NCBI RefSeq assembly: GCF_963921235.1
Contig: NC_086101.1
Span: 2,854,001-2,918,000, forward strand
Direction: 5' to 3'
Length of the DNA: 64,000 nucleotides
DNA from: Mobula hypostoma
Lineage: Eukaryota
Below are positions 49,276 through 62,990 of the stretch, one piece after another (position 1 is the stretch's first letter; every line of letters starts with the position of its first letter). Position numbers and translations under genes: made by a program. The notes under the pieces were generated by a model. It ran no database searches and had not been told where the DNA came from. It saw nothing but the letters and a program-made list of their open reading frames with translations.

Positions 49276-50019
49276 GCAACAAAGTCCATGGTGTACGCCG
49301 GCGGTGTTAAACCCGATTCTGATCCTCAGAGTCCATGGGAAGGTCATTTTTTTAAAAAGGTTCCAATGTGTAAACAGACTCATCAGCCCAACTGCACAAT
49401 ACTGACCCAGATGCCCATCTGAACTAGTCCCACTTATACAATGAGACAATAAAAGTGCAGATGAATTCCACAGATTTACCACCCTCTGGCAAAGAATTTG
49501 CTCTTCATTTCTGTTCTAAATGATCGTCCTCGGTTCTAAGGCTGTGCCCTCCAGTCCTAGACTCTCCCACTGTGGGTAACATCCTCCCCATATCCACTCA
49601 CACTCAGGTTCAGTAGCCTTATAACAGTGGGATAGAGCAGGCTGTTTTTGACCCTGGTTGTAAACGTTTTCATAGTTTTCCATCTTCCGCCCAATGGGAG
49701 AGAGGTTTGCCTCAGCCTGGCCCATTTCTCTCTGAACCTTTCCAATCCATATGCCGACAAAATGACTTTCAAATACTGTTATTATGCCTGTCTGAACCAC
49801 TTCCTTTGGCAGCTCGTTCCATATTCCCACCACCCCTCAAGTCTATTTTAATTCTTGACCCACACATCCCCAACACACAAAATGCCGGAGGAACTCAGCA
49901 GGTCAAGCAGCATCTGTGGAGATGAATAGAAAGTTGACGCTTAAGGTCGAAAACCTTCATCAGGACTGGAAAGGAAGGGGACAGTTGCCAGAATAAGCAG
50001 GTAGGAAGAAGCAGCGATC

Positions 50020-53000
50020 AGGAGTACAAGCTGGTAGTGATGGGTGTGGCCAGGTGAGGGGAGGTGGGGAACAGGAGGATACAAACTGGTAGTGATGGGT
50101 GAGGCCAGGTGAGGGGAGGTGGGGAACAGGAGGATACAAACTGGTAGTGATGGGTGTGGCCAGGTGAGGGGAGGTGGGGAACAGGAGGATACAAACTGGT
50201 AGTGATGGGTGTGGCCAGGTGAGGGGAGGTGGGGAACAGGAGGATACAAACTGGTAGTGATGGGTGTGGCCAGGTGAGGGGAGGTGGGGAACAGGAGGAT
50301 ACAAACTGGTAGTGATGGGTGTGGCCAGGTGAGGGGAGGTGGGGATCAGGAGGATACAAATTGGTAGTGATGGGTGTGGCCAGGTGAGGGGAGGTGGGGA
50401 ACAGGAGGATACAAACTGGTAGTGATGGGTGTGGCCAGGTGAGGGGATGGGGAACAGGAGGATACAAATTGGTAGTGATGGGTGTGGCCAGGTGAGGGGA
50501 GGTGGGGAACAGGAGGATACAAACTGGTAGTGATGGGTGTGGCCAGGTGAGGGGATGGGGAACAGGAGGATACAAATTGGTAGTGATGGGTGTGGCCAGG
50601 TGAGGGGAGGTGGGGAACAGGAGGATACAAACTGGTAGTGATGGGTGTGGACAGGTGAGGGGAGGTGGGGATCAGGAGGATACAAATTGGTAGTGATGAG
50701 TGAGGCCAGGTGAGGGGAGGTGCGACACAGGAGTTGTACAAACTGGTAGTGATGGGTGTGGCCAGGTGAGGGGAGGTGGGGAACAGGAGGATACAAATTG
50801 GTAGTGATGGGTGTGGCCAGGTGAGGGGAGGTGAAGATCAGGAGGATACAAACTGGTAGTGATGGGTGTGGCCAGGTGAGGGGAGGTGGGGAACAGGAGG
50901 ATACAAACTGGTAGTGATGGGTGTGGCCAGGTGAGGGGAGGTGAAGATCAGGAGGATACAAACTGGTAGTGATGGGTGTGGCCAGGTGAGGGGAGGTGGG
51001 GAACAGGAGGATACAAACTGGTAGTGATGGGTGTGGCCAGGTGAGGGGAGGTGCGACACAGGAGTTGTACAAACTGGTAGTGATGGGTGTGGCCAGGTGA
51101 GGGGAGGTGGGACACAGGAGGATACAAACTGGTAGTGATGGGTGAGGCCAGGTGAGGGGAGGTGGGGAACAGGAGGATACAAACTGGTAGTGATGGGTGT
51201 GGACAGGTGAGGGGAGGTGGGGATCAGGAGGATACAAACTGGTAGTGATGAGTGAGGCCAGGTGAGGGGAGGTGGGACACAGGAGGATACAAATTGGTAG
51301 TGATGGGTGTGGCCAGGTGAGGGGAGGTGGGGAACAGGAGGATACAAACTGGTAGTGATGGGTGAGGCCAGGTGAGGGGATGGGGAACAGGAGGATACAA
51401 ACTGGTAGTGATGGGTGTGGCCAGGTGAGGGGAAGTGGGGAACAGGAGGATACAAACTGGTAGTGATGGGTGTGGCCAGGTGAGGGGAAGTGGGGAACAG
51501 GAGGATACAAACTGGTAGTGATGGGTGTGGCCAGGTGAGGGGAGGTTGGGAACAGGAGGATACAAATTGGTAGTGATAGGTGTGGCCAGGTGAGGGGAGG
51601 TGGGGAACAGGAGGATACAAACTGGTAGTGATGGGTGTGGACAGGTGAGGGGAGGTGTGGATCAGGAGGATACAAACTGGTAGTGATGGGTGTGGCCAGG
51701 TGAGGGGAGGTGGGACACAGGAGGATACAAACTGGTAGTGATGGGTGTGGCCAGGTGAGGGGAGGTGCGACACAGGAGGATACAAACTGGTAGTGATGGG
51801 TGTGGCCAGGTGAGGGGAGGTTGGGAACAGGAGGATACAAATTGGTAGTGATGAGTGTGGCCAGGTGAGGGGAGGTGGGACACAGGAGTTGTACAAACTG
51901 GTAGTGATAGGTGTGGCCAGGTGAGGGGAGGTGGGGAACAGGAGGATACAAACTGGTAGTGATGGGTGTGGACAGGTGAGGGGAGGTGTGGATCAGGAGG
52001 ATACAAACTGGTAGTGATGGGTGTGGCCAGGTGAGGGGATGGGGATCAGGAGGATACAAACTGGTAGTGATGGGTGTGGCCAGGTGAGGGGAGGTGCGAC
52101 ACAGGAGGATACAAACTGGTAGTGATGGGTGTGGCCAGGTGAGGGGAGGTGCGACACAGGAGGATACAAACTGGTAGTGATGGGTGTGGCCAGGTGAGGG
52201 GAGGTGGGGATCAGGAGGATACAAACTGGTAGTGATGGGTGTGGACAGGTGAGGGGAGGTGGGGATCAGGAGGATACAAACTGGTAGTGATGGGTGTGGA
52301 CAGGTGAGGGGAGGTGGGACACAGGAGTTGTACAAATTGGTAGTGATGGGTGTGGCCAGGTGAGGGAGTGGGGAACAGGAGGATACAAACTGGTAGTGAT
52401 GGGTGTGGACAGGTGAGTGGAAGTGGGGAACAGGAGGATACAAACTGGTAGTGATGGGTGTGGCCAGGTGAGGGAGTGGGGAACAGGAGGATACAAACTG
52501 GTAGTGATGGGTGTGGCCAGGTGAGGGAGTGGGGAACAGGAGGATACAAACTGGTAGTGATGGGTGAGGCCAGGTGAGGGGAGGTGTGGATCAGGAGGAT
52601 ACAAACTGGTAGTGATGGGTGTGGCCAGGTGAGGGGAGATGGGGAACAGGAGGATACAAACTGGTAGTGATGGGTGTGGCCAGGTGAGGGAGTGGGGAAC
52701 AGGAGGATACAAACTGGTAGTGATGGGTGTGGCCAGGTGAGGGAGTGGGGAACAGGAGGATACAAACTGGTAGTGATGGGTGTGGCCAGGTGAGGGAGTG
52801 GGGAACAGGAGGATACAAACTGGTAGTGATGGGTGAGGCCAGGTGAGGGGAGGTGTGGATCAGGAGGATACAAACTGGTAGTGATGGGTGTGGCCAGGTG
52901 AGGGGAGATGGGGAACAGGAGGATACAAACTGGTAGTGATGGGTGTGGCCAGGTGAGGGGAGGTGTGGATCAGGAGGATACAAACTGGTAGTGATGGGTG

Positions 53001-56000
53001 TGGCCAGGTGAGGGGAGGTGGGACACAGGAGGATACAAACTGGTAGTGATGGGTGAGGCCAGGTGAGGGGATGGGGAACAGGAGGATACAAACTGGTAGT
53101 GATGGGTGAGGCCAGGTGAGGGGATGGGGAACAGGAGGATACAAACTGGTAGTGATGGGTGAGGCCAGGTGAGGGGATGGGGAACAGGAGGATACAAACT
53201 GGTAGTGATGGGTGTGGCCAGGTGAGGGGAGGTGGGGAACAGGAGGATACAAACTGGTAGTGATGGGTGTGGCCAGGTGAGGGGATGGGGATCAGGAGGA
53301 TACAAACTGGTAGTGATGGGTGTGGCCAGGTGAGGGGAGGTGGGGAACAGGAGGATACAAACTGGTAGTGATGGGTGAGACCAGGTGAGGGAGTGGGGAA
53401 CAGGAGGATACAAACTGGTAGTGATGGGTGAGGCCAGGTGAGGGGATGGGGAACAGGAGGATACAAACTGGTAGTGATGGGTGAGGCCAGGTGAGGGGAT
53501 GGGGAACAGGAGGATACAAACTGGTAGTGATGGGTGTGGCCAGGTGAGGGGAGGTTGGGAACAGGAGGATACAAACTGGTAGTGATGGGTGAGACCAGGT
53601 GAGGGGAGGTGGGGATCAGGAGGATACAAATTGGTAGTGATGGGTGTGGCCAGGTGAGGGGAGGTGGGGAACAGGAGGATACAAACTGGTAGTGATGGGT
53701 GAGACCAGGTGAGGGAGTGGGGAACAGGAGGATACAAACTGGTAGTGATGGGTGAGGCCAGGTGAGGGGATGGGGAACAGGAGGATACAAACTGGTAGTG
53801 ATGGGTGAGGCCAGGTGAGGGGATGGGGAACAGGAGGATACAAACTGGTAGTGATGGGTGTGGCCAGGTGAGGGGAGGTGGGGAACAGGAGGATACAAAC
53901 TGGTAGTGATGGGTGTGGCCAGGTGAGGGGAGGTGCGACACAGGAGGATACAAACTGGTAGTGATGGGTGTGGCCAGGTGAGGGGAGGTGGGGAACAGGA
54001 GGATACAAACTGGTAGTGATGGGTGTGGCCAGGTGAGGGGAGGTGGGACACAGGATTTGTACAAACTGGTAGTGATGGGTGTGGCCAGGTGAGGGGAAGT
54101 GTGGAACAGGAGTTGTACAAACTGGTAGTGATGGGTGTGGCCAGGTGAGGGGAGGTGGGGATCAGGAGGATACAAACTGGTAGTGATGGGTGTGGCCAGG
54201 TGAGGGGAGGTGGGGAACAGGAGGATACAAACTGGTAGTGATGGGTGTGGCCAGGTGAGGGGAGGTGGGGAACAGGAGGATACAAACTGGTAGTGATGGG
54301 TGAGGCCAGGTGAGGGGATGGGGAACAGGAGGATACAAACTGGTAGTGATGGGTGTGGCCAGGTGAGGGGAGGTGCGACACAGGAGGATACAAACTGGTA
54401 GTGATGGGTGAGACCAGGTGAGGGGAGGTTGGGAACAGGAGGATACAAATTGGTAGTGATGGGTGTGGCCAGGTGAGGGGAGGTGGGGAACAGGAGGATA
54501 CAAACTGGTAGTGATGGGTGTGGACAGGTGAGGGGAAGTGGGACACAGGAGTTGTACAAACTGGTAGTGATGGGTGTGGCCAGGTGAGGGGAAGTGGGAC
54601 ACAGGAGTTGTACAAACTGGTAGTGATGGGTGTGGCCAGGTGAGGGGAGGTGTGGATCAGGAGTTGTACAAATTGGTAGTGATGGGTGTGGCCAGGTGAG
54701 GGGAGGTGGGGAACAGGAGGATACAAATTGGTAGTGATGAGTGAGGCCAGGTGAGGGGAGGTTGGGAACAGGAGGATACAAACTGGTAGTGATGGGTGTG
54801 GCCAGGTGAGGGGAGGTGGGGAACAGGAGGATACAAACTGGTAGTGATGGGTGAGACCAGGTGAGGGAGTGGGGAACAGGAGGATACAAACTGGTAGTGA
54901 TGGGTGAGGCCAGGTGAGGGGATGGGGAACAGGAGGATACAAACTGGTAGTGATGGGTGTGGCCAGGTGAGGGGAAGTGGGGAACAGGAGGATACAAACT
55001 GGTAGTGATGGGTGTGGCCAGGTGAGGGGAGGTGCGACACAGGAGGATACAAACTGGTAGTGATGGGTGTGGCCAGGTGAGGGGAGGTTGGGAACAGGAG
55101 GATACAAATTGGTAGTGATGGGTGTGGCCAGGTGAGGGGAGGTGCGACACAGGAGTTGTACAAACTAGTAGTGATGGGTGTGGCCAGGTGAGGGGAGGTG
55201 GGGATCAGGAGGATACAAACTGGTAGTGATGGGTGTGGCCAGGTGAGGGGAGGTGGGGATCAGGAGGATACAAACTGGTAGTGATGGGTGTGGACAGGTG
55301 AGGGGAGGTGGGGATCAGGAGGATACAAACTGGTAGTGATGGGTGTGGACAGGTGAGGGGAGGTGGGGAACAGGAGGATACAAACTGGTAGTGATGGGTG
55401 AGACCAGGTGAGGGGAGGTGGGGATCAGGAGGATACAAACTGGTAGTGATGGGTGTGGCCAGGTGAGGGGAGGTGGGGATCAGGAGGATACAAACTGGTA
55501 GTGATGGGTGTGGACAGGTGAGGGGAGGTGGGGATCAGGAGGATACAAACTGGTAGTGATGGGTGTGGACAGGTGAGGGGAGGTGGGGAACAGGAGGATA
55601 CAAACTGGTAGTGATGGGTGAGACCAGGTGAGGGGAGGTGGGGATCAGGAGGATACAAACTGGTAGTGATGGGTGTGGCCAGGTGAGGGGAGGTGGGGAT
55701 CAGGAGGATACAAACTGGTAGTGATGGGTGTGGCCAGGTGAGGGGAGGTGGGGATCAGGAGGATACAAACTGGTAGTGATGGGTGTGGACAGGTGAGGGG
55801 AGGTGGGGATCAGGAGGATACAAACTGGTAGTGATGGGTGTGGCCAGGTGAGGGGAGGTGCGACACAGGAGTTGTACAAACTGGTAGTGATGGGTGTGGC
55901 CAGGTGAGGGGAGGTGGGACACAGGAGGATACAAACTGGTAGTGATGGGTGTGGCCAGGTGAGGGGAGGTGGGACACAGGAGTTGTACAAACTGGTAGTG

Positions 56001-59000
56001 ATGGGTGTGGCCAGGTGAGGGGAGGTTGGGAACAGGAGGATACAAACTGGTAGTGATGGGTGTGGCCAGGTGAGGGGAGGTGGGGAACAGGAGTTGTACA
56101 AACTGGTAGTGATGGGTGTGGCCAGGTGAGGGGAGGTGGGGATCAGGAGGATACAAACTGGTAGTGATGGGTGTGGCCAGGTGAGGGGAGGTGCGACACA
56201 GGAGGATACAAACTGGTAGTGATGGGTGAGACCAGGTGAGGGGAGGTGGGGAACAGGAGTTGTACAAACTGGTAGTGATGGGTGAGACCAGGTGAGGGGA
56301 GGTGGGGAACAGGAGTTGTACAAACTGGTAGTGATGGGTGAGACCAGGTGAGGGGAGGTGGGGAACAGGAGGATACAAACTGGTAGTGATGGGTGTGGCC
56401 AGGTGAGGGGAGGTGGGGAACAGGAGGATACAAACTGGTAGTGATGGGTGTGGCCAGGTGAGGGGAGGTTGGGAACAGGAGGATACAAACTGGTAGTGAT
56501 GGGTGTGGCCAGGTGAGGGGAGGTTGGGAACAGGAGGATACAAACTGGTAGTGATGGGTGTGGCCAGGTGAGGGGAGGTGGGGAACAGGAGGATACAAAC
56601 TGGTAGTGATGGGTGTGGCCAGGTGAGGGGAGGTGGGGAACAGGAGGATACAAACTGGTAGTGATGGGTGTGGCCAGGTGAGGGGAGGGGGAACAGGAGG
56701 ATACAAACTGGTAGTGATGGGTGTGGCCAGGTGAGGGGAGGTGGGACACAGGAGTTGTACAAACTGGTAGTGATGGGTGTGGCCAGGTGAGGGGAGGTGG
56801 GGAACAGGAGTTGTACAAACTGGTAGTGATGGGTGTGGCCAGGTGAGGGGAGGTGGGGAACAGGAGTTGTACAAACTGGTAGTGATGGGTGTGGCCAGGT
56901 GAGGGGAGGTGGGAACAGGAGGATACAAACTGGTAGTGATGGGTGTGGCCAGGTGAGGGGAGGTGGGGAACAGGAGGATACAAACTGGTAGTGATGGGTG
57001 TGGCCAGGTGAGGGGAGGTGGGGAACAGGAGGATACAAACTGGTAGTGATGGGTGTGGCCAGGTGAGGGGAGGTGGGGAACAGGAGGATACAAACTGGTA
57101 GTGATGGGTGTGGCCAGGTGAGGGGAGGTGGGGAACAGGAGGATACAAACTGGTAGTGATGGGTGTGGCCAGGTGAGGGGAGGTGGGACACAGGAGGTAC
57201 AAACTGGTAGTGATGGGTGTGGCCAGGTGAGGGGAGGTGGGACACAGGAGGATACAAACTGGTAGTGATGGGTGTGGCCAGGTGAGGGGAGGTGGGGAAC
57301 AGGAGGATACAAACTGGTAGTGATGGGTGTGGCCAGGTGAGGGGAGGTGGGAACAGGAGGATACAAACTGGTAGTGATGGGTGTGGCCAGGTGAGGGGAG
57401 GTGGGGAACAGGAGGATACAAACTGGTAGTGATGGGTGTGGACAGGTGAGGGGAGGTGGGACACCGGAGTTGTACAAACTGGTAGTGATGGGTGTGGCCA
57501 GGTGAGGGGAGGTGGGACACAGGAGTTGTACAAACTGGTAGTGATGGGTGTGGCCAGGTGAGGGGAGGTGGGAACAGGAGTTGTACAAACTGGTAGTGAT
57601 GGGTGTGGCCAGGTGAGGGGAGGTGGGGAACAGGAGGATACAAACTGGTAGTGATGGGTGTGGCCAGGTGAGGGGAGGTTGGGAACAGGAGGATACAAAC
57701 TGGTAGTGATGGGTGTGGCCAGGTGAGGGGAGGTGGGGAACAGGAGGATACAAACTGGTAGTGATGGGTGTGGCCAGGTGAGGGGAGGTGGGGAACAGGA
57801 GGATACAAACTGGTAGTGATGGGTGTGGCCAGGTGAGGGGAGGTGGGGAACAGGAGTTGTACAAACTGGTAGTGATGGGTGTGGCCAGGTGAGGGGAGGT
57901 GGGGAACAGGAGGATACAAACTGGTAGTGATGGGTGTGGCCAGGTGAGGGGAGGTGGGGAACAGGAGGATACAAACTGGTAGTGATGGGTGTGGCCAGGT
58001 GAGGGGAGGTGGGGAACAGGAGGATACAAACTGGTAGTGATGGGTGTGGCCAGGTGAGGGGAGGTGGGACACCGGAGTTGTACAAACTGGTAGTGATGGG
58101 TGTGGCCAGGTGAGGGGAGGTGGGGAACAGGAGGATACAAACTGGTAGTGATGGGTGTGGCCAGGTGAGGGGAGGTGGGGATCAGGAGGATACAAACTGG
58201 TAGTGATGGGTGTGGCCAGGTGAGGGGAGGTGGGGATCAGGAGGATACAAACTGGTAGTGATGGGTGTGGCCAGGTGAGGGGAGGTGGGGAACAGGAGGA
58301 TACAAACTGGTAGTGATGGGTGTGGCCAGGTGAGGGGAGGTGGGGAAGAGAGGATACAAACTGGTAGTGATGGGTGTGGCCAGGTGAGGGGAGGTGGGGA
58401 CAGGAGTATACAAACTGGTAGTGATGGGTGTGGCCAGGTGAGGGGAGGTGGGGAACAGGAGGATACAAACTGGTAGTGATGGGTGAGACCAGGTGAGGGG
58501 ATGGGGATCAGGAGGATACAAACTGGTAGTGATGGGTGTGGCCAGGTGAGGGGAGGTGGGGATCAGGAGGATACAAACTGGTAGTGATGGGTGTGGCCAG
58601 GTGAGGGGAGGTGGGGAACAGGAGGATACAAACTGGTAGTGATGGGTGTGGCCAGGTGAGGGGAGGTGGGACACCGGAGTTGTACAAAGTGGTAGTGATG
58701 GGTGTGGCCAGGTGAGGGGAAGTGTGGAACAGGAGGATACAAACTGGTAGTGATGGGTGTGGCCAGGTGAGGGGAGGTGGGGATCAGGAGGATACAAACT
58801 GGTAGTGATGGGTGTGGCCAGGTGAGGGGAGGTGGGACACAGGAGTTGATACAAACTGGTAGTGATGGGTGTGGCCAGGTGAGGGGAGGTGGGGAACAGG
58901 AGGATACAAACTGGTAGTGATGGGTGTGGCCAGGTGAGGGGATGGGGAACAGGAGGATACAAACTGGTAGTGATGGGTGTGGACAGGTGAGGGGAAGTTG

Positions 59001-62000
59001 GGAACAGGAGTTGTACAAACTGGTAGTGATGGGTGTGGCCAGGTGAGGGGAGGTGGGGAACAGGAGGATACAAACTGGTAGTGATGGGTGTGGCCAGGTG
59101 AGGGGAGGTGGGGAACAGGAGGATACAAACTGGTAGTGATGGGTGTGGCCAGGTGAGGGGAGGTGGGGAACAGGAGGATACAAACTGGTAGTGATGGGTG
59201 TGGCCAGGTGAGGGGAGGTGGGGAACAGGAGGATACAAACTGGTAGTGATGGGTGTGGCCAGGTGAGGGGAGGTGGGGAACAGGAGGATACAAACTGGTA
59301 GTGATGGGTGTGGCCAGGTGAGGGGAGGTGGGGAACAGGAGGATACAAACTGGTAGTGATGGGTGTGGCCAGGTGAGGGGAGGTGGGGAACAGGAGTTGT
59401 ACAAACTGGTAGTGATGGGTGTGGCCAGGTGAGGGGAGGTGGGGACACAGGAGGATACAAACTGGTAGTGATGGGTGTGGCCAGGTGAGGGGAGGTGGGG
59501 AACAGGAGGATACAAACTGGTAGTGATGGGTGTGGCCAGGTGAGGGGAGGTGGGGAACAGGAGGATACAAACTGGTAGTGATGGGTGTGGCCAGGTGAGG
59601 GGAGGTGGGACACAGGAGGATACAAACTGGTAGTGATGGGTGTGGCCAGGTGAGGGGAGGTGGGACACAGGAGTTGTACAAACTGGTAGTGATGGGTGTG
59701 GCCAGGTGAGGGGAGGTGGGACACCGGAGTTGTACAAACTGGTAGTGATGGGTGTGGCCAGGTGAGGGGAGGTGGGGAACAGGAGGATACAAACTGGTAG
59801 TGATGGGTGTGGCCAGGTGAGGGGAGGTGGGGAACAGGAGGATACAAACTGGTAGTGATGGGTGTGGCCAGGTGAGGGGAGGTGGGACACAGGAGTTGTA
59901 CAAACTGGTAGTGATGGGTGTGGCCAGGTGAGGGGAGGTGGGGAACAGGAGTTGTACAAACTGGTAGTGATGGGTGTGGCCAGGTGAGGGGAGGTGGGGA
60001 ACAGGAGGATACAAACTGGTAGTGATGGGTGTGGCCAGGTGAGGGGAGGTGGGGAACAGGAGGATACAAACTGGTAGTGATGGGTGTGGCCAGGTGAGGG
60101 GAGGTGGGGAACAGGAGGATACAAACTGGTAGTGATGGGTGTGGCCAGGTGAGGGGAGGTGGGGAACAGGAGGATACAAACTGGTAGTGATGGGTGTGGC
60201 CAGGTGAGGGGAGGTGGGGAACAGGAGGATACAAACTGGTAGTGATGGGTGTGGCCAGGTGAGGGGAGGTGGGGAACAGGAGGATACAAACTGGTAGTGA
60301 TGGGTGTGGCCAGGTGAGGGGAGGTGGGACACAGGATTTGTACAAACTGGTAGTGATGGGTGTGGCCAGGTGAGGGGAGGTGGGACACAGGATTGTACAA
60401 ACTGGTAGTGATGGGTGTGGCCAGGTGAGGGGAGGTGGGGACACAGGAGTTGATACAAACTGGTAGTGATGGGTGTGGCCAGGTGAGGGGAGGTGGGACA
60501 CAGGATTTGTACAAACTGGTAGTGATGGGTGTGGCCAGGTGAGGGGAGGTGGGACACAGGATTTGTACAAACTGGTAGTGATGGGTGTGGCCAGGTGAGG
60601 GGAGGTGGGGAACAGGAGTTGTACAAACTGGTAGTGATGGGTGTGGCCAGGTGAGGGGAGGTGGGACACAGGAGTTGTACAAACTGGTAGTGATGGGTGT
60701 GGCCAGGTGAGGGGAGGTGGGACACAGGAGGATACAAACTGGTAGTGATGGGTGTGGCCAGGTGAGGGGAGGTGGGGAACAGGAGGATACAAACTGGTAG
60801 TGATGGGTGTGGCCAGGTGAGGGGAGGTGGGGAACAGGAGGATACAAACTGGTAGTGATGGGTGTGGCCAGGTGAGGGGAGGTGGGGAACAGGAGGATAC
60901 AAACTGGTAGTGATGGGTGTGGCCAGGTGAGGGGAGGTGGGGAACAGGAGGATACAAACTGGTAGTGATGGGTGTGGCCAGGTGAGGGGAGGTGGGACAC
61001 AGGAGTTGTACAAACTGGTAGTGATGGGTGTGGCCAGGTGAGGGGAGGTGGGGAACAGGATTTGTACAAACTGGTAGTGATGGGTGTGGCCAGGTGAGGG
61101 GAGGTGGGACACAGGAGTTGTACAAACTGGTAGTGATGGGTGTGGCCAGGTGAGGGGAGGTGGGGAACAGGAGGATACAAACTGGTAGTGATGGGTGTGG
61201 CCAGGTGAGGGGAGGTGGGGAACAGGAGGATACAAACTGGTAGTGATGGGTGTGGCCAGGTGAGGGGAGGTGGGGAACAGGAGGATACAAACTGGTAGTG
61301 ATGGGTGTGGCCAGGTGAGGGGAGGTGGGAACAGGAGTTGTACAAACTGGTAGTGATGGGTGTGGCCAGGTGAGGGGAGGTGGGACAGGAGGAACAGGAG
61401 TTGAGTTGTACAAACTGGTAGTGATGGGTGTGGCAGGTGAGGGGAGGTGGGGAACAGGAGGATACAAACTGGTAGTGATGGGTGTGGCCAGGTGAGGGGA
61501 GGTGGGGAACAGGAGTTGTACAAACTGGTAGTGATGGGTGTGGCCAGGTGAGGGGAGGTGGGGAACAGGAGGATACAAACTGGTAGTGATGGGTGTGGCC
61601 AGGTGAGGGGAGGTGGTGGAACAGGATTGTACAAACTGGTAGTGATGGGTGTGGCCAGGTGAGGGGAGGTGGGGATCAGGAGGATACAAACTGGTAGTGA
61701 TGGGTGTGGCCAGGTGAGGGGAGGTGGGGAACAGGAGGATACAAACTGGTAGTGATGGGTGTGGCCAGGTGAGGGGAGGTGGGGATCAGGAGGATACAAA
61801 CTGGTAGTGATGGGTGTGGCCAGGTGAGGGGAGGTGGGGAACAGGAGGATACAAACTGGTAGTGATGGGTGTGGCCAGGTGAGGGGAGGTGGGGAACAGG
61901 AGGATACAAACTGGTAGTGATGGGTGTGGCCAGGTGAGGGGAGGTGGGACACCGGAGTTGTACAAACTGGTAGTGATGGGTGTGGCCAGGTGAGGGGAGG

Positions 62001-62640
62001 TGGGGAACAGGAGTTGTACAAACTGGTAGTGATGGGTGTGGCCAGGTGAGGGGAGGTGGGACACCGGAGTTGTACAAATTGGTAGTGATGAGTGTGGCCA
62101 GGTGAGGGGAGGTGGGGAACAGGAGGATACAAACTGGTAGCGATGGGTGTGGCCAGGTGAGGGGAAGTGTGGAACAGGAGGATACAAGCTGGTAGTGATG
62201 GGTGTGGCCAGGTGAGGGGAGGTGGGGAACAGGAGTTGTACAAACTGGTAGCGATGGGTGTGGCCAGGTGAGGGGAAGTGTGGAACAGGAGTTGTACAAA
62301 CTGGTAGTGATGGGTGTGGCCAGGTGAGGGGAGGTTGGGATCAGGAGGATACAAACTGGTAGTGATGGGTGTGGCCAGGTGAGGGGAGGTTGGGATCAGG
62401 AGGATACAAACTGGTAGTGATGGGTGAGACCAGGTGAGGGAAAGTGGGGATCAGGAGGATACAAACTGGTAGTGATGGGTGAGGCCAGGTGAGGGGAGGT
62501 GCGACACAGGAGGATACAAATTGGTAGTGATGGGTGTGGCCAGGTGATCAGGAGGATACAAACTGGTAGTGATGGGTGTGGCCAGGTGAGGGGAAGTGTG
62601 GAACAGGAGGATACAAGCTGGTAGTGATGGGTGTGGCCAG
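50020..62640. repeat. ~12.6-kb tandem array of a 55-bp unit (about 230 copies)
   Basis: Unit caggaggatacaaactggtagtgatgggtgtggccaggtgaggggaggtggggaa, with recurrent variants. Confidence 0.99.
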
Positions 62641-62664
62641 GTAGAGTGGACGAGCATAATGATT

Positions 62665-62990
62665 TTATTTATTTACTCACTCATTCATTCAGAGATACAG
62701 CATAGAAAAGACACTTCCAGCCCTCCGAGCAGCACCTCCCAGCAACCCGCTGATTTAGCCCTAGTCTACTGTCATCACAGGACAGTTCACAATGGCCAAT
62801 TAACCCACTAACCACTATGTCTCAGGACTGTGGGAGGAAACCGGAGCACCCGGAGGAAACGCACGCCCATGTGGTCACGGAAAGGTCGCGCAAACTACTT
62901 CGAGAAGCTGCTGGAATTGAACTCTGACATCCGCAACGCCCTGCGCTGTAACGGCATCAAGCTCACCGCTACGCTGCTGTGGTGCTGGAA
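62665..62990 (-). mobile_element. V-SINE/HE1-like SINE
   Basis: gactgtgggaggaaaccggagcacccggaggaaac core; tRNA-like head (gagttcaattcc on the minus strand) and simple-repeat tail. Confidence 0.65.

Noticed and set aside
50020..62640. CRISPR-like appearance of a constant repeat with a short variable segment; CAG|GTGAG in each unit
   Set aside because: The variable part is a few recurring point variants, not unique spacers. There are no cas genes and the context is eukaryotic. The donor-like motif is antisense to VPS52.
49941..62657. Very long Pro/His/Thr-rich minus-strand ORFs (up to 1263 aa)
   Set aside because: By-product of the 55-bp repeat, whose minus strand mostly lacks stops and cycles through all frames. 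All three frames give the same peptide and there is no exon structure.
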